Positions 45,463 to 55,645 of a stretch of DNA of 64,000 bases are shown piece by piece (the first letter of the stretch is position 1; every line of letters begins with the position of its first letter). The notes below the pieces were generated by a model. That model was not told the origin of the DNA and ran no database searches. It saw only the letters and a program-made list of their open reading frames with translations. The DNA is from a bacterium (GTDB lineage Bacteria; Zhuqueibacterota; Zhuqueibacteria; Residuimicrobiales; Krinioviventaceae): positions 2,240,001 through 2,304,000 of the forward strand of contig OY843751.1 in the NCBI GenBank assembly GCA_963693055.1, given 5' to 3'. Made by a program: the position numbers and the translations under genes.

Positions 45463-47889
45463 ATGAAATTTAAATTTCCAGTTACCATGGTGATTTTATT
45501 TTCCATTCAATTTTGTTTTGCTTCTTCTAGAATGGTTACGGAACTGAATACAGCCAGGTTTTACAAAGGTCAGGCTGAATCAGCGTTCAATTCTTATTTT
45601 GATGATTCTGACTGGCGGGTTGTCAAGCTTCCTCATGATTGGGGAATTGAAGGACCGGTAATTCCTGATGGTGATGGAAATACTGCCAAATTGCCTTGGA
45701 AAGGAGAGGCATGGTATCGCATTCCTTTGCAAATTCCTCACGACTATGAGGGAAAGCAAATATACCTTTTGTGTGACGGTATTATGGCATTTCCCCAAAT
45801 ATATGTCAATGGTATGCTGGCCGGCAAGTGGGATTACGGGTACAGTTCGTTTTATGTAGATATAACAAAGTTTTTGCAATACAATAAATCAAACAGTCTG
45901 GCAATACATGTAGATACTCGCAATCACGACAGTCGGTGGTATCCCGGAGCGGGTATCTATCGAAAAATTCAAATGATTGCTGTTGATCCTGTACATGTTG
46001 ACATATGGGGTGTGCATATTTCAACTCCAATCATCAAGCCACATTATACAGATGTTCGAATTGCTGCGACTATTAAAAATGATACAAATTCTGAAAAGAA
46101 TATTACTGTAAAACATACAATTTATGATGTAAATCAAAACATAATTGCGTCAATAGATACCGTTAAACGTATTAAAGCAAATTCCAATATCTTGTCAGAA
46201 GTAACATTGACCATAACCGATCCTGTTCGGTGGGATATTTCAAATCCTCATCTCTATAAAGTGATCACTGTAATAAGAGATGGTGAGCAGATTGTAGATA
46301 CGGTTTCCAATACTTTTGGTGTTCGGACAATGCGTTTTACTGCCGACAATGGATTCTATTTAAATGATAATCGAGTTCAGTTCAAAGGAGTGAATTTGCA
46401 TCATGGTCATGGTCCTTTAGGTACTGTGTTTAACAAACGGGCCATGCAGAGACAGCTCGAAATTATGAAAGAAATGGGATGCAATGCCATAAGAACGAGC
46501 CATAATATTCCTGCTCCCGAGTTGTTGGACCTGTGTGATGAAATGGGCCTGCTGGTCTTTGACGAGATCTTTGACAAGTATGATGACAAAGCAGATATTA
46601 TGGATACTACGAATTTTGATCATTTTGCGCATCGCAATATCCGTAATTTTGTTGTCAGGGATCGTAACCATCCTTCTATTTTCATCTGGAGTGTGGGGAA
46701 CGAGATTGGTGATGTACAAACCAATTATGATAACGGCTTTTTAAAATTGCAAACCATGCTCAGTTATGTTAAAAAATATGACAATAGCCGACCAACGACA
46801 TTGGTCTGTGATCAACTGGATAATGCCAAAACGCGTCATTTTGATTACTATGATATTCACAGTTGGAATTACGGCAGGCGTTGGAGGCTGGCCCGTCAGC
46901 TTGAATCAAACAAGGCTGTGATTATTAGTGAATCCGCATCTACCGTGAGCACACGTGGCTTTTACGAATTACCCTTGCCCGTTGATCGTACGGCATTTAC
47001 CAATTCGCTTCAAATCAGCTCGTATGATCTGTATGCTCCACGTTGGGCAGAGGTGGCAGATGATGATTTCATGTGGCAGCAAGATGAACCCTATATTGCC
47101 GGTGAGTTTGTGTGGACGGGATTTGACTATCTGGGTGAGCCTACACCGTATCGGAACGTATGGGTTAAACAGCAGGGAATGACTGATGAGGATGCTTCTC
47201 GGAGTTCTTATTTTGGAATTGTAGATTTGTGCGGAATTCCAAAAGATCGTTATTATTTGTACAAGAGTTACTGGAAACCGGATGAAACCACTATACATAT
47301 TCTTCCACATTGGAACTGGCCTGACCGCATTGGTAAAACGGTCCCTGTTTTTGTGTATACCAATGGTGATTGTGCTGAACTGTTTTTAAACGGTAAATCA
47401 TTGGGCAAACAGTATAAAAATCCAAAATCCGGGAATTCCATAGAACGGTTCCGGCTCATGTGGAACGATGTGATTTATCAACCTGGCGAATTAAAAGCAG
47501 TGGCCTATAAAGCGGGACAACCGATTGGCGAAAACACAGTTGTAACAACAGGAGAACCTTATCGTTTGCGTTTAACTCCTGATTGCAAGGTTATTCATGC
47601 GGATGGAAAAGATTTGTCATATGTTTTGATAGAAGCATTGGATAAAGATGGGATTTGTCACCCCCTGGCAAATAATCAGATCAAGATTGAGGTCAGTGGT
47701 AATGGGAAAAATGTAGGCGTTGGCAATGGTGATCCACAATGTATGAGCGAGTTCAAGAGTGATACGATTGATCTTTTTTTCGGTAAGGCCATGCTCATTG
47801 TTCAATCTGAATTGGATGCAGGCAAGATTACTGTTAAAGCATCTGCTGACGGATTAAAAGACGCTGATGTACAAATTGAAACCGAATAG
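45463..47889 (+). CDS. GH2 beta-galactosidase-like hydrolase
   Basis: 'LPHDWGIEG', 'SRWYPGAGIYR', 'NAIRTSHN', 'WSVGNE', 'FVWTGFDYLGEPTPY'. Confidence 0.92.
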   Translation: MKFKFPVTMVILFSIQFCFASSRMVTELNTARFYKGQAESAFNSYFDDSDWRVVKLPHDWGIEGPVIPDGDGNTAKLPWKGEAWYRIPLQIPHDYEGKQIYLLCDGIMAFPQIYVNGMLAGKWDYGYSSFYVDITKFLQYNKSNSLAIHVDTRNHDSRWYPGAGIYRKIQMIAVDPVHVDIWGVHISTPIIKPHYTDVRIAATIKNDTNSEKNITVKHTIYDVNQNIIASIDTVKRIKANSNILSEVTLTITDPVRWDISNPHLYKVITVIRDGEQIVDTVSNTFGVRTMRFTADNGFYLNDNRVQFKGVNLHHGHGPLGTVFNKRAMQRQLEIMKEMGCNAIRTSHNIPAPELLDLCDEMGLLVFDEIFDKYDDKADIMDTTNFDHFAHRNIRNFVVRDRNHPSIFIWSVGNEIGDVQTNYDNGFLKLQTMLSYVKKYDNSRPTTLVCDQLDNAKTRHFDYYDIHSWNYGRRWRLARQLESNKAVIISESASTVSTRGFYELPLPVDRTAFTNSLQISSYDLYAPRWAEVADDDFMWQQDEPYIAGEFVWTGFDYLGEPTPYRNVWVKQQGMTDEDASRSSYFGIVDLCGIPKDRYYLYKSYWKPDETTIHILPHWNWPDRIGKTVPVFVYTNGDCAELFLNGKSLGKQYKNPKSGNSIERFRLMWNDVIYQPGELKAVAYKAGQPIGENTVVTTGEPYRLRLTPDCKVIHADGKDLSYVLIEALDKDGICHPLANNQIKIEVSGNGKNVGVGNGDPQCMSEFKSDTIDLFFGKAMLIVQSELDAGKITVKASADGLKDADVQIETE

Positions 47890-48012
47890 GTGTTATATTT
47901 GAGCTGATATTTTTATTCATTTATTGAGCCATTTCTTTTGAAAATTTTATGAATTTTTGCAAATATTTTGTATTTTTAAAGCAGTCAAAAAAATATTGAA
48001 TCGAGGACATAA

Positions 48013-48714
48013 ATGAGTAAATATTTAGATTTGAAACGTCGAGTTTATGAATGTAATATGGAGCTTCCACGTCATGGCGTTGTTATCTATACCTTTGGGA
48101 ATGTAAGTGCAATTGACCGTGATGCAGGTGTTATGGCAATAAAACCCAGCGGCGTCAGTTACGACAAAATGCAGCCCGCGGACATGGTTATTGTGGACTT
48201 GGATGGCAAAATAGTAGAAGGCGATTTACGTCCTTCATCAGATACAAAAACACATCTGGTTTTGTATAACAGTTTCCCCGAGATTGGCGGTATTTCTCAT
48301 ACACATTCTACTTTTGCAGTAGCATGGGCGCAGGCAGCCAAAGGGATTCCGGTATTGGGTACTACCCATGCAGACCATCTGCACCTTGAAGTCCCGTGTA
48401 CAGATTTTATGACTCCTGAAATGATCAAAGGGGATTATGAAATTGAAACCGGTAACCAAATTTTTAAACGGTTTGCTCATCTTAATTATCGGGAAGTAGA
48501 AATGGTACTGGTCGCTGGCCACGGTCCCTTTACCTGGGGCAAAACCCCGGAAAAAGCGGTTTATAATAGTGTTGTACTCGAAGAAATGGCCAAAATGGCC
48601 TTGTTGACCTATCAAATCAATCCATCAACACCGCTATTGAATGAAGCACTGATCGAAAAACATTATACCCGTAAACATGGTCCAAATGCCTATTACGGTC
48701 AGGAAGAAAAATAA
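48013..48714 (+). CDS. araD: L-ribulose-5-phosphate 4-epimerase
   Basis: 'FGNVSAIDR', 'IKPSGV', 'PSSDT.TH', 'HTHS', 'GTTHAD', 'KHGPNAYYGQ'. Confidence 0.95.
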   Translation: MSKYLDLKRRVYECNMELPRHGVVIYTFGNVSAIDRDAGVMAIKPSGVSYDKMQPADMVIVDLDGKIVEGDLRPSSDTKTHLVLYNSFPEIGGISHTHSTFAVAWAQAAKGIPVLGTTHADHLHLEVPCTDFMTPEMIKGDYEIETGNQIFKRFAHLNYREVEMVLVAGHGPFTWGKTPEKAVYNSVVLEEMAKMALLTYQINPSTPLLNEALIEKHYTRKHGPNAYYGQEEK

Positions 48715-48738
48715 ATTTAATATACAGGAGTAGTAACA

Positions 48739-50238
48739 ATGGACCTCAAACAATTTGATATATGGTTTGTAACAGGCAGTCAGGCCTTGTACGGACCCGA
48801 AACTTTGCAGCAGGTTGCAGAACATTCGCAAGAGATCACTACTTTTTTTAATAAAGCTTTAGAGATTCCGGTTAATATTGTTTTCAAACCGGTAATGAAA
48901 TCTACTGACGAGATTACCAACCTATGTATCGATGCAAATGCAGACCGTAAATGTATTGGTGTTATTACCTGGTGCCATACTTTTTCTCCATCCAAAATGT
49001 GGATCAATGGATTGAAAATTTTGAACAAACCCATCCTGCATTTGCATACCCAGTATAATCGTGATTTGCCCTGGAACGAGATTGATATGGATTTTATGAA
49101 CCTCAATCAATCGGCCCATGGTGACAGAGAGCATGGATTTATCATGACCCGCTTGCGTATAGAGCGCAAAGTTGTTGTGGGGCATTGGCAGGAAAAAGAA
49201 GTCAGTGAAAAGATTGGAATCTGGTCACGTGCTGCTGCAGCGTGGCATGAAATGCAGAATCTCAAGGTTGCCCGTTTTGGTGATAATATGCGTCAAGTTG
49301 CGGTAACAGAAGGCGACAAGGTAGAAGCGCAAATCAAGTTGGGTGTTTCTGTAAACAGTTATGGTGTTGGTGATATTGTCAAAGTGATTAATGATTTTAC
49401 TGATGCGGAAATTGACAAGCTGGTACAGGAATATGAAGACACTTATGAAATTGCCGCTGAAGGACGCAAGGGTGGCGCGTATCATAATAATGTTCGTTAT
49501 CAGGCACGTATTGAATTGGGATTAAAGGCATTCCTTTCAGAAGGTGGATTTGGTGCATATACGGATACCTTTGAAGATCTGCATGGTTTGGAACAGTTAC
49601 CGGGATTGGCTACTCAGCGGTTAATGGATGCCGGTTATGGATTCGGTGCAGAAGGCGACTGGAAACACTCTGCACTGGTACGTGCTTTAAAGGTGATGGG
49701 CACCGGATTAAAGGGTGGAAGTTCTTTTATGGAAGATTATACTTATCATCTCGATCCATCCGGTTCCAAAGTTCTGGGTGCGCATATGCTTGAAGTTTGT
49801 CCTTCTATTGCAGTAGGAAAGCCGTCATTGGAAGTACATCCATTGGGCATTGGTGGTAAAGATGCACCGGCAAGACTGGTTTTTGGAACACCGGCAGGAC
49901 CCGCTGTGAATGTTACGCTGGTAGATATGGGGAACAGGTTTAGAATTATTACCAATCCGGTGGATTGTGTAGAACCAACACCTCTACCCAAGTTACCGGT
50001 CGCGCGTTGTCTCTGGACACCCCAACCCGATTTGAAAACCAGTGCAGCATGCTGGATTTATTCGGGTGGCGCGCATCATACCGCGTTTAGCCAGGCAATA
50101 ACCGCAGAGTATATTGAAGATTTTGCCGAAATGGCAGGTATTGAATATATATTAATCGACAAAAATACAACTGTATCCGAATTGAAAAAAGAACTTCGCT
50201 GGAACGAGATTTATTATCATATGGCAAAAGGATTATAG
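48739..50238 (+). CDS. araA: L-arabinose isomerase
   Basis: 'WFVTGSQ.LYG', 'HTFSP.KMWI', '[16 protein letters not shown]', 'GFGAEGDWK', 'GGAHHT'. Confidence 0.97.
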   Translation: MDLKQFDIWFVTGSQALYGPETLQQVAEHSQEITTFFNKALEIPVNIVFKPVMKSTDEITNLCIDANADRKCIGVITWCHTFSPSKMWINGLKILNKPILHLHTQYNRDLPWNEIDMDFMNLNQSAHGDREHGFIMTRLRIERKVVVGHWQEKEVSEKIGIWSRAAAAWHEMQNLKVARFGDNMRQVAVTEGDKVEAQIKLGVSVNSYGVGDIVKVINDFTDAEIDKLVQEYEDTYEIAAEGRKGGAYHNNVRYQARIELGLKAFLSEGGFGAYTDTFEDLHGLEQLPGLATQRLMDAGYGFGAEGDWKHSALVRALKVMGTGLKGGSSFMEDYTYHLDPSGSKVLGAHMLEVCPSIAVGKPSLEVHPLGIGGKDAPARLVFGTPAGPAVNVTLVDMGNRFRIITNPVDCVEPTPLPKLPVARCLWTPQPDLKTSAACWIYSGGAHHTAFSQAITAEYIEDFAEMAGIEYILIDKNTTVSELKKELRWNEIYYHMAKGL

Positions 50239-50246
50239 ATCATTTT

Positions 50247-50275
50247 CAAGGGCCTGGTTATGAATCAGGCCCTTG
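50247..50275. terminator. hairpin between convergent araA and GNAT genes
   Basis: CAAGGGCCTG/CAGGCCCTTG 10-bp stem. Confidence 0.55.
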
Positions 50276-51140
50276 CTGTTATGGGGTGCTTAAACGGGGT
50301 TGTCATATTGAATGAATCAGCTTTTATCATCAATTTATCACTGCATTGTATTGCCTCTGTTATATATTGAATGTCGAGCTTGTCTGGTGTGAAATGGAAT
50401 TCAACTTTATTAATTTTGGGCCCGGATATATAGTTTAAAATTTGTTCAAATTTGACGGATTGGCTTGATATAATATCATACAGATGTACAACATGTTTTT
50501 GTTTTTCAAAAACCAGAATCATATCCTCATCAGGGCAATAATGAAAATTATTGTTTAACATATTATAGGTATACCAGGAAACAATATGCTCAGCATTGTT
50601 TACACCAAATGTTAATGATAGGGGAGTCCTTTTTATGAGCAGTTGATTGGCAAGTTTGCGGTTATCTGCTTTGCTAAAATCCAGTTTCCGGATTTGTGAT
50701 TTATGCGACTCTATCGGGTCAATGTCAGCCCAAAATGAGGACTGTGGTAATTCTTTGAATCCAAAACGTTCATAGAATGTTGTCAACTCGGATTCACAAA
50801 ACAGATAGAAAAAATTGGCAAGATCAGCATAGTCATGAATAATCCGGTTTATTAAATCAGTCACCAGGCCTTTGCCCCGATGATCAGGATGTGTCATTAC
50901 CGTACCGATTTGTATTGCTTTAACCTGTGATCCTTGAATGATCAGGTCCATCAGGTTTAGCGATGCATTGGATAGTATTTTATTATCCCAATACGCATAA
51001 CAGATATATCTGTCATTCCAGTGCCTGCCCTGGAACCAATTTTCAAAATCTATATCAAAGGTCTCTACTGCCAGTCGATTAAAAGCAAGACGTTGTTTGT
51101 CATTAGACTGGTAATTTTTTATAAATTCTGGTGATTGCAT
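50265..51140 (-). CDS. GNAT-family acetyltransferase
   Basis: 'QIGTVMTHPDHRGKGL', 'FYERFGF'. Confidence 0.9.
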   Translation of the reverse strand: MQSPEFIKNYQSNDKQRLAFNRLAVETFDIDFENWFQGRHWNDRYICYAYWDNKILSNASLNLMDLIIQGSQVKAIQIGTVMTHPDHRGKGLVTDLINRIIHDYADLANFFYLFCESELTTFYERFGFKELPQSSFWADIDPIESHKSQIRKLDFSKADNRKLANQLLIKRTPLSLTFGVNNAEHIVSWYTYNMLNNNFHYCPDEDMILVFEKQKHVVHLYDIISSQSVKFEQILNYISGPKINKVEFHFTPDKLDIQYITEAIQCSDKLMIKADSFNMTTPFKHPITARA

Positions 51141-51145
51141 TAGAA

Positions 51146-51850
51146 TTATTTAAATTGATAAATGACTTGTAAACTTGACTGATAGGCTTTGTTTTTACCA
51201 AAAATATCAAGGTAATCATATTCAAAATGGTATGCGTAACTGATATCTGGTGCATATTCGAATTGTAAACCTAATGAGAGGTTGTTAGCAATGGGGTATT
51301 GCAGGCTCAACCCGGCAGTTGCTCCAAATACAGCAGATTTTATATCATGTTCATATATATATACGTAAAAATAATCACCGCTATATTTTTGTTCCTCAGA
51401 TGAAAAAGTATCCGGAGTATATTTGTACTTTTGAAAATAATCCAGTCTTGCGCCTGCCATGAAATTTATTTTCAATTTGTTTATTTTCAATACCGTAACT
51501 TTTAAATAAACAGGAAAAGATATATAATCAAGAAGGATTTCATCTTGTGCGGTTTTTAATATTTCGGGACCTGATTCGCCCGTAACAAAAAATTCATCCT
51601 TGTAACCCTTTTGTACATAATTTGCACCAAAACCTATCGCTAACCGGGGATGAATATGAGATATTTCAACAAATATTCCGGCTGTTGAACCATTTTTCCA
51701 GATCATATCTCCTTTATAGTTTGCCAATTCATGATTTTGGTATTGATTGGAATATACCCAACCCAATGAACCACCAACATTCACCGAAGAAAAACACCGA
51801 GAGACTGAAAAAACAATCAATAGAGATACAAAAATAATATTTTTTTTCAT
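51146..51850 (-). CDS. outer-membrane beta-barrel (porin-family) protein
   Basis: Signal peptide, 'NYVQKG', 'LDYISFPVYLK', C-terminal 'YQFK'. Confidence 0.75.
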   Translation of the reverse strand: MKKNIIFVSLLIVFSVSRCFSSVNVGGSLGWVYSNQYQNHELANYKGDMIWKNGSTAGIFVEISHIHPRLAIGFGANYVQKGYKDEFFVTGESGPEILKTAQDEILLDYISFPVYLKVTVLKINKLKINFMAGARLDYFQKYKYTPDTFSSEEQKYSGDYFYVYIYEHDIKSAVFGATAGLSLQYPIANNLSLGLQFEYAPDISYAYHFEYDYLDIFGKNKAYQSSLQVIYQFK

Positions 51851-51930
51851 CCCGATCCTTGTTTTGAAATATTAATTTGAATTTATTGAATTCAAGATAG
51901 TAAATTTTAATATAACCTGCCAGAAGAAAT

Positions 51931-51963
51931 ATCAAGACCGCCAAACAAGTCAGCGGCCTTGAT
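51931..51963 (-). terminator. hairpin after the ABC permease
   Basis: ATCAAGACCGC/GCGGCCTTGAT stem; T-rich downstream on the minus strand. Confidence 0.4.
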
Positions 51964-51982
51964 GGGGGAGTTGTGTGTGAAT

Positions 51983-53449
51983 TTATCTTACATCATAACG
52001 ATTAAAAGCAATAAAAGCCCCGCTTATACATAATGATGTGTATAATAGCAGAACCATAATCTGCTTTAATGCCGGGAAAAGAATTACTGACAACCTTGAT
52101 TTTTCAGGATTATATTCCGGTACTCCGCTAATGTCCAGACTGGTGTTTCGGCCCATTTCCAGTTTGAATCCCGCTTCAGAATCTATGGTAACACGCAATC
52201 CGGATATACCGGTTTCTGATTTTTCTTTTTCATCTAAATACTGATTTAGTATGTTTTTATAGTCCTGCATGTTTTGTTCTGTACGTGATTTGAGATGTAT
52301 ATCTGTCTCTGCAATGTTGAGCATTAATAGTTCAAATGCTGCTGCCGGAGATAGTTGAGCCAGCAAAAATGCCAATCGTTCCTGTTCTTTTTTTTGATTA
52401 TAATATAGATTATATTGCGCAGTAGAATAATCATTGATCTCTTTTTGATAATTTTTGCGTAGAGCATCTTCCTGTTCAACCCATTCCCACATATGGTCAT
52501 CCTGATATATTTCACGTTCAGATCGGTCCATATTGATCATTTCAAGATTACGAGCGTTCCACATTTGTTCGAGCTCTTTTGTAAAGCTGTCCCAGCGTTG
52601 TTTCGAATAACCTTCTGTTTGAGCATCAATTTCTGCAACAGATGGTACTGGTTTTATCTTGCCTGCAGCCATTACACCTATACCGGGTACAATTAATACC
52701 AAAGTTATCCAAATGATTAACAAGAGTAAAAATGAAGTTGAAGATTTTTGAGTAATAGAGGAAACAAACAAGCCCATTGAAATAAAGAATATAAAATAAA
52801 TCATGGTACTCAGTATCATGATAACAATTAAAAGCCATCTGGTCCCATTTAGTTGAATGTTGAATGCTGAAATCAGCAATAAACTGATCAAGATAGACAA
52901 AATTACGGGCAATAACAGGCCGCTACAGATTCCTGAAAATTTTGCTGCAATATATATTTTTCTGGGAACAGCGTTTGCAAAAGTCAATCGTAAGGTACCA
53001 TTCTCTTTTTCACCGCTGATTGCGTCAAAAGAGAATAGTATGGCGAAAAGAGACAAAACAATGAGTACAAATCCTTTAAAATCCAGGTGTCTGAATACGG
53101 CAAAAATCGGTTCATCGGAATATGTACTATGTTCAAGTTTGATTTGAGTTGTACGATCAATGGAACTGTACCTGCCAATATCATTGGTGATTCCGGTTGT
53201 AAATATTTTTAAAGGGTCGGGTTTTCGGTATAGTGTGCGCTTGAAATGAGACCAGGAGCTCAAGCTGTTCATTTCTTCCATTGATAATTGTTCCCCTGCA
53301 TTAAAAGTTTGTAATGCAGATTGGTAATCCAGTATTCCAAGATATATTGCCAGCATTAATAATACGATTGTTATTAAAAAGGTGAAAATAAATTTGGGTC
53401 CTGTTACGATTGCTTTAAATTCTTTGATAAATATTGTTTTAAACATCAT
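51983..53449 (-). CDS. ABC-2 type permease with large extracytoplasmic loop
   Basis: 'FDAISGEKENGTLRLTFANAVPR', ends 'FNRYDVR'. Confidence 0.88.
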   Translation of the reverse strand: MMFKTIFIKEFKAIVTGPKFIFTFLITIVLLMLAIYLGILDYQSALQTFNAGEQLSMEEMNSLSSWSHFKRTLYRKPDPLKIFTTGITNDIGRYSSIDRTTQIKLEHSTYSDEPIFAVFRHLDFKGFVLIVLSLFAILFSFDAISGEKENGTLRLTFANAVPRKIYIAAKFSGICSGLLLPVILSILISLLLISAFNIQLNGTRWLLIVIMILSTMIYFIFFISMGLFVSSITQKSSTSFLLLLIIWITLVLIVPGIGVMAAGKIKPVPSVAEIDAQTEGYSKQRWDSFTKELEQMWNARNLEMINMDRSEREIYQDDHMWEWVEQEDALRKNYQKEINDYSTAQYNLYYNQKKEQERLAFLLAQLSPAAAFELLMLNIAETDIHLKSRTEQNMQDYKNILNQYLDEKEKSETGISGLRVTIDSEAGFKLEMGRNTSLDISGVPEYNPEKSRLSVILFPALKQIMVLLLYTSLCISGAFIAFNRYDVR

Positions 53450-53461
53450 GTCCTCAGTAGT

Positions 53462-54877
53462 TTATCTGACGTCGTACTTTAAAAATGCAATCAAGGCACC
53501 GGTAAAACAGAGTGCATTGAGTACCAATAGTATAGACAGGTTTACAATATAGTATTTAATTTTTTTACTAATGGAAATCGGTTTATATACAAACCCGGGC
53601 AGTTCATTAATATCAATGGGTGGGGGCTGGTTTTCTCCATCATCATTGATTTTCATCATAACAGTTCCCTGGTCAAGCAATATCCCTGTTTTTTCTTTCA
53701 TGAACTGTTGATATACTGTTTGATATCCCTGAACATTTTTGATAAAATTTTCATCCAGATCTATTGATGTACCTGAAATAGTTGAACTCGCTAAACCGAA
53801 TAGAGCTGCCGGAGAAATTTTAGCTATACCCAGAGCTACCTTTTTTTGAATGCTTTTTTTATTTTGCCTGTCTTCGTTCAATCTACCTGCAAAATCCATC
53901 ATTTTTTCATTTCTTTTATCTCCAAGATCTTGCATGAATTCCTGAAACTCCTGAATCATCTTTTCAGGATCTCTGGTGTTTATGGGGTTAAATTGAGCCA
54001 TTTTTTTGCGATCTTCCTGCAGCAATTGAGACCTCAGTCTGCTCTTTTGATAATCCAGGTAATCTATAGAGGGTACATTAACAGCTTTACCGGCAACGAG
54101 AACTGAAGCATTAGGTATGACAAACACAAACAGTAACCATAATATGAGCATGGATAAAAAAGATAGAGAGGGCTTGGGTATTACTATGGATGAAAGAAAT
54201 GATAACAATTGGAAAAAATTGAAATACACCAATCCGGCCAGTATAACCAGTAAGAGTTGTATCCATTCGGATAAAGAAAGTTCAATACCCATAAAAATTA
54301 GTATCAGACAACCTAGTAATAATGGAAGCATTAATGGCAATGCAATTGCAAGAAAGGAACCGGTAATTTTGCCAATAATGTATTTATCTTTGGGTACAGG
54401 ATTTGAAAAGGTCAACCTTAAAGTGCCTTGTTGTTTTTCTCCATTAACAGCATCATAGGTAAATAATATGGCAAATATGGATAAAATAATCTGGAAAATA
54501 TATGTAAGATCCAAAAATCTGAATACAGCGAATAAAGGATCATTACTATAACGACTGTCTGAGGATGTCAATTCACCCTGGCTATAAATCTCAGATGTAC
54601 GCCCAATGTCGTTTGATACCCCGGTTATTATGGATTCAAGAGGAGAGGGCGGTAAAAAAACATGGTGACCTGTTACCTGCAGCCAGTCAGTTAAACCGCT
54701 AAACTGTCTCAGGTTTTCAGCTTTTGCAGCATTATATTTATCCAGATTTATTTCATAGTTGGCTGCCCCTATATAAAAGGAAACAAGAATCAATATTGAG
54801 CAAACTGCAAATGTCCATACGAATTTTCGTGTTTGTAAATGCTCCAACAGTTCTTTATAAATAATTGTTTTAATCAT
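53462..54877 (-). CDS. ABC-2 type permease (paralog)
   Basis: 'YDAVNGEKQQGTLRLTFSNPVP', ends 'FLKYDVR'. Confidence 0.88.
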   Translation of the reverse strand: MIKTIIYKELLEHLQTRKFVWTFAVCSILILVSFYIGAANYEINLDKYNAAKAENLRQFSGLTDWLQVTGHHVFLPPSPLESIITGVSNDIGRTSEIYSQGELTSSDSRYSNDPLFAVFRFLDLTYIFQIILSIFAILFTYDAVNGEKQQGTLRLTFSNPVPKDKYIIGKITGSFLAIALPLMLPLLLGCLILIFMGIELSLSEWIQLLLVILAGLVYFNFFQLLSFLSSIVIPKPSLSFLSMLILWLLFVFVIPNASVLVAGKAVNVPSIDYLDYQKSRLRSQLLQEDRKKMAQFNPINTRDPEKMIQEFQEFMQDLGDKRNEKMMDFAGRLNEDRQNKKSIQKKVALGIAKISPAALFGLASSTISGTSIDLDENFIKNVQGYQTVYQQFMKEKTGILLDQGTVMMKINDDGENQPPPIDINELPGFVYKPISISKKIKYYIVNLSILLVLNALCFTGALIAFLKYDVR

Positions 54878-55630
54878 CTAATTCTCCCGTACCTGCTTGT
54901 TCTCTGAAAGAATGTATTGTAAATAGAGCTGCTCAAGGTCCTGTTGTTGAAGTCCTTTTTTTGATTGTTCCATTACAATTTTACCCTTGCTCATGATACC
55001 AACCATGTCTGCCATTTGTTTAGCTCTGAAAATATCATGTGTGGAAATCAGGATCGCTTTGCCTTCATCTTTTAATTCCAATAACAGGTCGGTAAAATCA
55101 TGACCTGCTTTGGGATCCAGTCCGGATGTGGGTTCGTCCAATACAATAGCCGGTGCGTTTTTAAGAATGGCGATAGCAATTCCACATTTTTGACGCATAC
55201 CCTTGGAATAGTCCCCCAGTTTACGATTGTGGCTGAATTTTTCCAAACCAACCCTTTCCAACGCTTCATGGTAATCTGATTTGGTATAGTAATTATGTCC
55301 TCCGAGTTTTGAAAAATATTCCAGGTTTTGTATTGCACTGAAATTGGGATACAACATGACATTTTCTGAAACATATGCCAGTTTTTCTCTGGCCTGTAAT
55401 GGATTTACATGAGTTTCTATTCCATCTACAAGCGCTCTACCATTTGTTGGTTCAATAAAATTTAAAAATATATTTATTGTTGTTGATTTTCCTGCACCGT
55501 TTGCTCCCAGCATGGCATAAATTTGTCCTGGATATATTTTAAATGATACCTGATCAAGCGCAAGCACATCTTGATCATAGGATTTTGTTAATGAATCTGC
55601 TTCCAAAAGAGGGGTGTTTATATTTTCCAT
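54878..55630 (-). CDS. ABC transporter ATP-binding protein
   Basis: Walker A 'GANGAGKST', signature 'YSKGMRQ', Walker B 'IVLDEPTSGLD', H-loop 'STHD'. Confidence 0.95.
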   Translation of the reverse strand: MENINTPLLEADSLTKSYDQDVLALDQVSFKIYPGQIYAMLGANGAGKSTTINIFLNFIEPTNGRALVDGIETHVNPLQAREKLAYVSENVMLYPNFSAIQNLEYFSKLGGHNYYTKSDYHEALERVGLEKFSHNRKLGDYSKGMRQKCGIAIAILKNAPAIVLDEPTSGLDPKAGHDFTDLLLELKDEGKAILISTHDIFRAKQMADMVGIMSKGKIVMEQSKKGLQQQDLEQLYLQYILSENKQVREN

Positions 55631-55645
55631 AGTTTACCTCATTAT

